From the NCBI GenBank assembly GCA_951406725.2, contig OX597815.1, positions 109,802,001 to 109,866,000 of the forward strand: a stretch of 64,000 nucleotides of DNA. The letters run 5' to 3'. The stretch comes from Octopus vulgaris. Its lineage: Eukaryota. Below are positions 1 through 10,410 of this stretch, piece after piece. A program made the translations under genes and the position numbers. Within the stretch, counting starts at the first letter, position 1. Each line of letters opens with the position of its first letter. The notes under the pieces are model-generated. The model had not been told where the DNA came from. It did not search any database and saw only the letters and a list, made by a program, of their open reading frames with translations.

Positions 1-177
1 TCGATATATTGAAAATTCTATAATTCGGTCAGCGTATGGACAAAATGTTAAGTCCATATTTCACCATTGACTTCTGTTAATTGCTGTCTCAATAACAAAC
101 ATCAAACACACAGCAGCAACGTGAGCAACAACACCATCATCAACAATAATATCAAACGCAACTAGTAACGCAACTAG

Positions 178-179
178 TT

Positions 180-239
<60 letters not shown>

Positions 240-268
240 CAGCAGTAGTAGTAGTAGTAGTAGTAGTA
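178..268. repeat. (TAG)n microsatellite
   Basis: Direct trinucleotide run; source of the poly-T ORF 61..279. Confidence 0.95.
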
Positions 269-1079
269 GACGGGTACACATCATCGTCCTCGTCGTCGTC
301 ATCGTGTGTAACAAGAGCAATAAGATCATGAACAATTAAATGAAAAAAAAAAAAGAAACAGCAAAACTAAATGCGAAAACCTTTGATCTGGAGACTAAAA
401 AGAAAATAATCCGCGAAAATCTGTACTGATAGCAAAGGATGGCAGAACAAACAGTATTTGACGGAAAGTTCATAGAATATCGGATGCATTATATTAATAA
501 CACATATATAGAAAAAAAAAACGGGAGTGTACACAGACTTGCACATACTCACCCCCACACACATGCACACACACACATAGACAGACACATATATACATAT
601 ACATAAATGCATACGTATTCACATATACACAGTCATAAACTCACGCCCGCGGATACGTTCACATGCATATAAATGTATATATCGAGAAAATATCGCATCT
701 CCCCCGCCTTCCAAGCATGAGCCTCACAAACTAATAGAAGAGCGAAATCTCACTATCACTGAGAATCTATTCTGGTTCTTGGTGAACCCACGTGCCTAAC
801 ATAGCACGAACTGTATTAGAGAAACTAGAAATCTCTTCGGATCGAAAAAATACTTCAGCCCACAACACCTACAAGCTGACAATAAGACTCAGAGGGATCA
901 CATTCTGGAGTGTTGATCCAATATCTGATACAGTGGCAGCTGTTACATGTGCAGGTTATCCTAAGCCAGAGAATGATCACTCATCTAAGAGGAATGAAGT
1001 CACTCTGCCACACATTTGACCCTAAGACGTACGGCCTCCTCTAACTGCCTTTTATACCACAGTTACACAGCTAACTGGT

Positions 1080-1660
1080 GTGAGGACGCACGACTTACTG
1101 GTTAGGATGTTGCACTCACTTTCGCGAGATCGAAGTTCGGTTCCTGGACTAGACCTGTGGGATCTTTTCGGTTTGAACGGCAGTTTTTTCTAGCGGTGTC
1201 ATATGAAATTGTCACCCATAATTATGACCCTAGTATCGATCTATTGCATTTCAATCTGTTTTAGGGTTATGGTTAGTTAGTGTTAGTGTTAGGGTTAGGG
1301 GTGGGGTTAAGAGTATTTTTTTTTCTTCACAAATGTAAATAAACCCAATCTGTTTCTTAAACGAGTGACAGATTCATACGGCACAGAATGTTTTTTTTAC
1401 CTCAGTAGACGTTAGTGATTGGTTGAAATTGCAGAAATTGAAGTAAAAAAACAAACAAATATCTTACACAATAAAGAATTTTCTCAATAAAGCCAAGAGA
1501 AAAAGATGTTTTATAAACACATTCTACCAGTATACGAAGTTAAAAATTTTTAGTTACCTAGAAATTATGTTAAAAACTGCCGTTCAAACCGAAAAGATCC
1601 GACCTGTGTTCTTAAGCAAAACATTTCACTTCATGTTGGTATGCGATCACTTCGACATCT
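1080..1660 (+). mobile_element. Degenerate tRNA-derived SINE (family C) split by a MITE insertion
   Basis: tRNA-like head (GACTTACTGGTTAGGATG...GTTCGGTTCCTGGAC) at 1080-1159 resumes after 1600 with TGTGTTCTTAAGCAAAACATTTCACTTCATGTTG, matching the copy at 59320-59562. Confidence 0.7.
1160..1600. mobile_element. Non-autonomous DNA transposon (MITE) with ~29-bp TIRs and 8-bp TSD
   Basis: Left end GGATCTTTTCGGTTTGAACGGCAGTTTTT; right end AAAAACTGCCGTTCAAACCGAAAAGATCC; identical GACCTGTG at 1152-1159 and 1601-1608. Confidence 0.93.
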
Positions 1661-2186
1661 GAATGTGTGACACACCATGCATCTGTACAGGCAATATTGA
1701 GCTGATGGAGATACTGAGAGAACCTACAGAACAATCATTTGATCACTATAAACAAACTATCTGAGCAGGTAGTTCAGTAATAAATTTCGGAAACATCGTT
1801 CTCGGGAGCCTACGGAGACATAGTCACCTGGTATTCAGACTAATCGATTTACACGTTTCCCTACTATCGTTATCCACATTGGATTTGTTATAGATTTAAA
1901 GATTTTCTATTTAAACGACTAACAACTAATTCTGTTTCGATATTCGGGACAACCAGTCCAATCGATATTGTTACCATTTAGTACACAGCACTAATGTCTG
2001 CCACACGATTCCGCCTCAAGAACTTCGATTATTTCTGCAAATCGTACGCTGAACATATATCTTTCATGTAGACTTAGACTTGCAAATGTTGAAAATAAAA
2101 GTTATTGTTATCAAACTCACCAGTAGTTTATGTGTTTTGCTTTGCTCCCAGACCAAACAAAGCAATACATGCGTACAACCCCCCCT

Positions 2187-2229
<43 letters not shown>

Positions 2230-2329
2230 TATCTTCCATATCAAACAACAATCAGACTAGCAGATGCAATTGATCACGATGCTGATATTGTTGATGATGA
2301 TAAGGAGGAAGAGGATTAGGATGACAAAC

Positions 2330-2394
2330 ATCATCAACCTCCTCCTCATCATCATCCTCATCATCATCATTATCCTCATCATCCTCATCCTTCT

Positions 2395-2464
<70 letters not shown>

Positions 2465-2465
2465 G
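2330..2465. repeat. Compound (CAT/CCT)n-(TAT)n microsatellite
   Basis: Direct inspection. Confidence 0.9.
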
Positions 2466-3139
2466 ACAGCAGTTTGGTTAATATTGCGAGTCTTATACAG
2501 ATTTTAGAAATGGAACGAACCCAGCCTTGGAGAGCTGCAAGGTTGTGTCTCTATTTTTCTCCATGTTATCTAAGAACAAAGAGGAAAAAACGTAAGTTTT
2601 CTTGTCCAAAAGTGTTAGCGCTTTCTAGGTGACCACGAAATAGCTATTGAAGGAATCCTTGAGTGATGTGTAGTATCATGTAATTTCCTCCGATCACAAC
2701 AAGATTTTGTAGATTGATTGGCTTTCACAAACCAAAGGCGATACGAAGAATCAGAATCAGCTGGTGCGCCGGAACGCTTTTCAATAAGATGATATTGCAA
2801 TACATGGGTCAATGTAATGCAAGGATGATAGTCGGGCACTGATAGTGGGACTGAACCCTGGCTCTTTGTCACATTTGTAATCCAACCCGGTTGGGTAGTG
2901 AGTGAAGAGATAAGAAAATATGTAGTCGGAAAGGGTCAAAATGTAAGGCATTATGAATTTGAGAAAACCAGAAAAAAATAATTGAAATTCGGTCCTATTG
3001 TGGAGGAGAAAAGAAAACGAATCATATGGCGGAGCCGGGCAAAGGCTCGTTTGTTAAAACGTATGGTAGTACGAACCACTAAAGAACAATCAACTCTGAG
3101 GAAGAAGAAAATAAAAGAAAGACATGGCAAGTCAGATGG

Positions 3140-3165
3140 ATATATAGATAGATAGATAGAGAGAG

Positions 3166-3240
<75 letters not shown>

Positions 3241-3267
3241 TAGATAGATTGATAGATAAATGGATGC

Positions 3268-3350
<83 letters not shown>
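3140..3350. repeat. Compound (TA)n-(GA)n-(GATA)n microsatellite
   Basis: Direct inspection. Confidence 0.9.
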
Positions 3351-3351
<1 letters not shown>

Positions 3352-3438
3352 TGGAGCGAAAGGCTCGATAAAATCAACCTCGTCCTCCACTAACATTACC
3401 ATGTAGTCAACGCCATGGATTCTTCTATGCAAAAATTG

Positions 3439-3521
3439 GTCTAATTTAGTCATCAACGGTCTAATTTAGTTATCAACCATTAAAAAATTTAGTCATCAAT
3501 GGTCTAATTTAGTCATCAACC
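3439..3521. repeat. Short tandem repeat, ~19-20 bp unit GGTCTAATTTAGTCATCAAC (about 4 imperfect copies)
   Basis: The unit recurs at about 3439, 3458, 3487 (partial) and 3501. Confidence 0.8.
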
Positions 3522-4319
3522 ATAAAGAAAACGTTCAGCTAAGGAGAAAATAAATTCTCGGATACGAGAAAAAGCCGATGAAGACGAGAGTGATAGACAA
3601 AGAAAAAGAAAGAGAGGAAACAGATATAGCATCAGAACCAAAGGTATTAACAACAGGTATCGGAAGATAATGTCCCTATACTCCTACTTGTCATACCACT
3701 GGCTGCAAAACTGAGAGTGGTCTAAAGGCGTGCGTTATCCTCAGAGCCCAGAGGAACATTTGCGACAATAGGAAGCTGGTGAACAGTGACAACCGCGAAA
3801 GGAGAAAATAGAGTAAAACACAAAAGCAGAATGAACTCAGACAGATGTCATACGATACTGGAAAATATTTTATCCCAAAGGTTGAAAGGAGAGCAATAGA
3901 CTACTTTATGGCGGTGAAACATCCAAATATTATGTTTATAGGAGTTAGCGTATAGATTACACTAACCTTCCCCTCACACACACGTGCGCATTCACCGATG
4001 GCAGTACTTTCTTAGAGATTGTTGGTGGTCTTTGAAGTGTTGAAAAGATATTCTCCAGAATACGTGAGACCCTTTTACGGCCCTGCTAACTCAAAAAGAA
4101 GGAAAAAATGTCCTCGAGCATTACGGATTTAGATTGATCAAGTTCGAGAAATGGAAGGTAGTTAGAACTGTTAGAGACATAATTCAAGTTAGGTGGTAGC
4201 CTCTCACCAAGCTGCGACGGTGCTTTCACATTATTTTTTATTCATTTATTTATTATATATGTGTGTGAATGCATGTACACGTATATATGTATATATATGT
4301 ATATATGTAAATATATATG

Positions 4320-4364
<45 letters not shown>

Positions 4365-4439
4365 GTGTGTGTGTTTGAAGAAAAATAACTAGTTATAAAA
4401 TCTCAAGAAGGAGATAGTGTAATAACGCTTACTGAACAG

Positions 4440-4659
4440 TAAAGCGAGTAGCCACATCAATGTGGCAGATGAATGCTACTACGAGTTTAACCCCAGGCGG
4501 ATTCTCCGCCAGGTGGTTTTCGGTGCAAGCTCTGTACTCCTGCTAGCAATGTATTGTACATAAAGGGAACAGAGCTTGCACCGAAAAACCACCTGGCGGA
4601 GAATCCGCCTGGGGTTAAACTCGTAGTAACATTCATCTTCCACTTTGATGTGGCTACTC

Positions 4660-4665
<6 letters not shown>
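4440..4665. repeat. Foldback element: ~96-bp inverted arms with a 33-bp spacer
   Basis: 4440-4535 is the reverse complement of 4569-4665 with 4 substitutions and 1 indel; TA at both outer ends. Confidence 0.92.
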
Positions 4666-4695
<30 letters not shown>

Positions 4696-4741
4696 TGTAC
4701 GTATGAATGTATGTATGTATATATGTATGTATATATGTATG

Positions 4742-4772
<31 letters not shown>

Positions 4773-5375
4773 TGTATGTATGTATGTATGTATGTATAAT
4801 ATTGAACATGGAAATGATGCTAAAACATCAAATTCGGTTGAAAAAAAAAAATTATTATATTTATAATCATATTTATAATATATTTATAAATATTAGCTAA
4901 ATTTAAACGATGAATTTCTAATCGCTTGAACTTCGCGTCCTAATAAGTTGTTGTATATACTTGAAAATTTCTAAACAAAGCCCTCAAATAAGATATTTCG
5001 TGGTAAATTCCATTGTCTCGACCACGATCGAACAATGATGAATGATGATGAAGATATTTCGTAACTCAAGACCGGAAAATGTACTAACTTTTCCTTGAAG
5101 ATACCCGGTAATATTGGGTTTATTACATCTATAAAAGTTCGAATGCTGATGATTCAAACATACTGTCGGATTGAAACATGTGTAGGATTTTTTCGGATAT
5201 TTGCATATATATTGAGGAACTTTCTTTCAGTATATTTGATAAAGTTAGTTGGCATCTGGATTGTTGTTAACAATCTCTTATGGGGAAATCGCACCAGAAT
5301 TTAGTATGGTATGATCCATATAATTCAAAATGGGGTGATTAGAATAAAAATAAGCAACAAGGATATCCAGAGGTA

Positions 5376-5465
5376 ATGCAGTACGATCGTTTCATGCGAC
5401 TCCATTTAATTGAACAATGCAAATATTACATCAATTTTAAAATGCAGAGCAATCTTCAGCTGCAT
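5376..5465 (-). ncRNA. Type-I hammerhead ribozyme motif (PLE-type, long helix II)
   Basis: Minus strand: AUGCAG-CUGAAGA-[UUGC...GCAU, extended hairpin]-GAAA-CGAUCG-UA^-CUGCAU. Helix I is 6 bp, helix III is the palindrome ACGAUCGU, cleavage triplet GUA. Confidence 0.8.
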
Positions 5466-5575
5466 AAAAATATAGAATTTAGTTAAATTCAAAAGATTCA
5501 TTTGTATATTTTTCTATTAACCAATATATATATATATATATATATGTGTATGTATGTATGTATGTATGTATGTAT

Positions 5576-5663
<88 letters not shown>

Positions 5664-5689
5664 TTTCCATTGGACTTGATAAACTAGTC

Positions 5690-8670
5690 TATAAATTGGA
5701 ACTCCCCCCTCCCATTAGTAAATCTGAATAACAAATTAAAATCAAAGATAAGCAGTATCTACTTATCCTCTTTGTGATTTTGGTTAATAGAAAAACTATA
5801 CAAATGAATCTTTTGAATTTAACTAAATTCTATATTTTTATGCAACCTCAAACAAACAACCAAATAATCCAAAACTCACACCCCACGAGAGAATATATCT
5901 ATATATACACTTCCCCAATATCTACAGATAATCAAAGCCTCACACATAAGAAAAAATATATACATATATCTGAGACGAAGCAAAACCCAGAGAAGAGAAG
6001 AAAAGAAAAACCCATGGCGTCTAACCAGCAGACTTACAACAAACGAAATTGGCCTGATAATGAAATTGATCTAATAGGGACATGGTTTTCTCTCTCCCAA
6101 ACAGAAAACATAAACATTTCGTGTCTAAATGAGATCGCCGAAAGAATAGCGCAAATATTCAACAAGTGAACTGTTAAGCAGATTCGCAGGAAACTAAAAC
6201 ACATCCAAATTTCCTTCCACATAATTCAGGGTCATTTTGAAAAACTTCGATATATTTTCTCGTTAAATATTGGTGGAGCACGGCAACGACAACAACAGCC
6301 AGATAGCTATGAGCAACAACAGCAACAACCAGGAAATCATGAAGAGCAAGAAGCTAAACGACAACAACAGCCAGAAAATCAGGAACAGCGACAACAACAG
6401 GAAGAGACCCGCCTAAATTCTAGCATAATAGCTGATTTACTTCACCTCTCTCTCACTCACCACTCTCACAGCAGCCGCCACAATTATCATCCTCGTCATC
6501 TTCATCGTCATCACCACCGCTGCTACCATCGTCTTCTACCACCTCAAATACTAAAAATAAACTACAGCTTTCTTCCCCCCACAACGCCGCCTCAATCCTA
6601 CTGTAGTATAAAAATCCCTCCCCACAAATCTATGAAGCGGAATGTGTCCCGCACGACACTAACAAGAAACCCCAAAATATGCCGTTTTTTCCTACGTTAC
6701 AGGCTCCGCACACTTAGTGATTGCATCTTTACACATCTACCTGGCACAATTCAAACAAACACTACCAGCCAAGACCAAAGCGTGCATCATACAATAACAT
6801 CAGCATAAACACCACCAAATAGTAATTTGAATGTTAAAACACGCATAATACGGAATCCTAGAATCGGCAGCTATTCCCAACGCGAGAAACTGTGTGCTGC
6901 GTAATTGACCCTTCACACATCTTACAGGGACCCGACACACTAAAAGTCAACACACAAGTCAACACATAAACCACAGTAATAATACTCCCTACCGCAGTAA
7001 TGCTGATTCAGTCTTTTCACGAAGACACAAAAACAACAACAACAAAAACCACAACAAGAGCGGAAATGACAACCCTATCCAACAGAGCAACCACACCTCC
7101 AGTCAAAAATTAAGCAGGAAAATTCTTTTTTAGCTATGTTGAACCTGACAAAAGAGATACAAAAAAGCCTTTTAACAATCACTCAATACCATCTTATGCT
7201 ATTACCCCTGTGTACCAACTCCCCACATTGCTGTCACTAACACACAATCAGAAAAAAATCCCCCTGCAACAGTCAAAACCTGCTACTACGCTAGCCTCCA
7301 CATTTCTACACAATGCACAAGGTGTCAGTCTCTCCATCAATGCACAAAAATGGAAGATCCAATTAATTGAAGATTGGGTTGGTAACCACCCACATCATAT
7401 CTCTTTCTTCATTCTTACCGAGACCCACATTCACAACACCCACTTGGAAGCCGAAGTGAAAGTGAGGAATTTCACAACCATCTGCGCAGGTCGAGTCTTC
7501 AGAAGGAAGGGTGAAACTGCCATTTTCTTGCACGATTCCTTTTTCGGCAGAGGGAAATATGACATTCTCCAGTGGCTACAGTGAATCGGTCACTGTGCAC
7601 AACAAAACCAATGACCTTATAGTAGTATAGGCCACCTGGAACGCCGATACTTTGCTTTAATGCGCATTAAGTGCTTTATTCAACAGTGCCATTCTAATAA
7701 CATAATTTAGATGAGAGATTTTAATCTACCCTGTGTTGATTGGTCTACAAACAGTTTGAAATCAGGCACTCATACCTCAACTGCTGATAAAGAAGTGGCA
7801 TAGTCACTTCTCGACTTTATGAATGGGTTGCTGTTTTTTTTATATTTGTCCTAACTTGACCTTGCACCGACAAGATAGCAGAACATTTTAGACCTTGTAT
7901 TTAGTAACCACACTAACACAATACACAATATTTGGGACCATGACCTTCTTTCAGACCATGAAATGGTTCTCTGTAACCTGAGATTTCACCAGCCGAAAGC
8001 TAACCCTAGTGACCTCTCTCCAGCTTACCCATTTGATACCATGGATCTCTATGGTGCCAACTAGGACGCAATCATAAACGATCGATCACATGTTGACTGG
8101 TCTATCACACATGCACACTTCTCCAGCATCAAAATATCTTGGCAGATCTTTGTAGACACTGTCACAAGACCCGTGAGTGCAGAATTTCCCAAAACAGAAA
8201 AGAGATTATCAGAAAAATAAAAAAAGATCAAACAAAAAAATTAACAAACTAAAATACTACCAACAGCCACACATAAATTCGACGGCTATTACCCTTCTCA
8301 AATCAAAAAATATAACCTTCAACAATGCATGAAGACCATCATCAATAACCAAAGAAGAGCTGAGGAGAAATGGGCCGTTGAGAAAATCAAACTCAACCCC
8401 AAAGTATTTCCTGAGAGGCAGAACCCAACACGTTGAAGTCGAAGGAGTAAAATCAAGCCCAGCCAAAGTCAGTAGTGGTGTTCCATAAGGCACTGTGTTG
8501 AGCCCACTACTTTTCCTCATCTATATCAATGACATTAGTGACATCATCAAGCACAATAACATGAGAATCATTGCTGATGATTCCAAGATAGAAAAGGTCA
8601 TCAGTGAAGTGAGTGACCGGGCATGCCTGCAGTCAAATCTACTGTCTGTCATCCAATGGGCGAAAAGAAT
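5690..8670 (+). mobile_element. Decayed CR1/L2-group LINE (ORF1 remnant, APE endonuclease, partial RT) with an internal deletion
   Basis: ORF1-like start ATGGCGTCT at 6014 and a Q-rich stretch; APE motifs FLHNAQG, ILTETH, DFNLP, LDLVFSN, SDHEMV (7300-7980); RT motifs VSSGVP*GTVLSPLLFLIYINDI and IADDSK (8470-8590); many stops and frameshifts. The 5' boundary is approximate. Confidence 0.85.
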
Positions 8671-9084
8671 AATATGCCGTTAACTTGTCCTGTTTTCCAT
8701 TTATTTCTACTTGTTTACGTATTTCGATCGTTTTTCCTTCATGTGTTTACGTATATTATGTTATTTGCATCGATGGTGACGTCCTATACCCATATATGTA
8801 TGTGTTTGTGTGTGTGTATTATTTATTATTTATTATCTAATTGAACGCAACGCATCCATTTCCAAGTAAGTTTATATGTATGTGTTCGTATATATCCTTG
8901 TCTATTCATTCTGAGAATTTGTTCATATATATAAGATTTTTAACATATTCATATTTATATTGTATAATGTTATATCCCCTCCCCTATTTTTTACATAATT
9001 GAATTTGCACACACATATCCTGAAAAACTATTGTAACGCGATTTCTTGTATGCTTGAATGGGCCCTTATGGCTACAATAAATTG

Positions 9085-9111
9085 ATGTTGTTGTAGTTGT
9101 TGTTGTTGTTG

Positions 9112-9184
<73 letters not shown>

Positions 9185-9496
9185 CTAGTTTTATTTTTAT
9201 AACGTGCTTTCACTGCATTACCGAGCGCAGCTCTGTGTGCCTTGGGTATGTACTGTTGTTTGTTGTGATGCTCTTATGGTTACTGTATTGAAAGTGTTTT
9301 ACGTAGGATGTGTGCAGTGCCTAGTAGTGCTATTTTCTGTATGTTATATATATTTGTTAGACCTGGTGTTTTTGTTATGTATTTGTCTGAATATTTTTTT
9401 AATCACACCTAATGCGCGAACTATGATAGGAAATGTTTCTGTTTTTAGGCTCTACCTCCGAGTTACCTCTATTTCCAGATTTTTTTGGGAAGTTTC

Positions 9497-9548
<52 letters not shown>

Positions 9549-9557
9549 GTTATTACT

Positions 9558-9629
<72 letters not shown>

Positions 9630-9655
9630 TATCATTATCAATATTATTATTATTA

Positions 9656-9723
<68 letters not shown>

Positions 9724-9725
9724 GA
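9085..9725. repeat. (TTG)n/(TAT)n/(CAT)n microsatellite cluster
   Basis: Direct inspection; gives the poly-L/I/H/Y ORFs. Confidence 0.9.
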
Positions 9726-9899
9726 CTCACGACTTAATCGGACGTGTTTTTCACTCTCTCCTCGAATTGACGGATTTTTACTGCATGAAATAGCGTTTTA
9801 CTGAATATGCATACAAATAATTTCCAAAGTTATGTAGTCTTCGCAAACGCAGTGTATAAACAAAGAAGTAGTAAAGTTTGTTATTTATCTTTTATCTTC

Positions 9900-10100
9900 T
9901 TTATTTGTTTTATTGTTTGGACAACGAACATGCTACGGCATTGCATTCAAGGGTTTTGGGGAATATATCAACCTTAGTATTTACTTTTAAGCCTCCTACT
10001 TAAACTATCGGCAACTTTCTACTGACTCAAGATACAGGGACGTAAGCACACCAACACCGCTTGTGAAGCGGTTGTGTGGACAAGTACAAGACAAGGACAC
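9900..10100 (-). mobile_element. Degenerate 3' half of SINE family A
   Basis: Matches the reverse complement of 37600-37770 (GGGACGTAAGCACACCAACACCGCTTGTGAAGCG). Confidence 0.65.
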
Positions 10101-10154
10101 ACACATACACATGTACACAAGCACATGCACGCATTCACACACACACACACACAC

Positions 10155-10214
<60 letters not shown>

Positions 10215-10220
10215 TTATAT

Positions 10221-10410
10221 AAAGTTAATCCAAACAAGAAAACAAAAAGACAACAACGCGAGGATGTGGAACAAATAAAGTATTAGTGGACGCTCAGGAA
10301 AGAAGGGAAAAAGGAGGGTATGACGTTTCGAGCGGAGCTCTTCGTCGGAAACATAGGAGAAAGAAAGATCCCGATGTGGGAGGACAGAGGGAAAAAAATT
10401 GACGGCAGGA
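10221..10410 (-). mobile_element. Short non-coding repeat carrying a minimal hammerhead-like motif (family H1, copy 1)
   Basis: Near-identical to 20502-20690 and 39955-40164; minus 10318-10352 reads GUUU-CCGACGA-A-GAGCUCCGCUC-GAAA-CGUC-AUAC; abuts (TA)n. Confidence 0.8.

Noticed and set aside
745-1040. ORF 792..1019 (RTVLEKLEISS...) as an RLE-LINE C-terminus or host exon
   Set aside because: Only a vague resemblance; no diagnostic motif or convincing splice sites.
1259-1312. TTAGGG tract as a true telomere or fusion site
   Set aside because: Short, degenerate and enclosed within a MITE with intact TIRs and TSD.
3439-3521. Short repeats here and at 42320-42890 as CRISPR-like arrays
   Set aside because: Units are contiguous with no unique spacers, there are no cas genes, and the context is eukaryotic.
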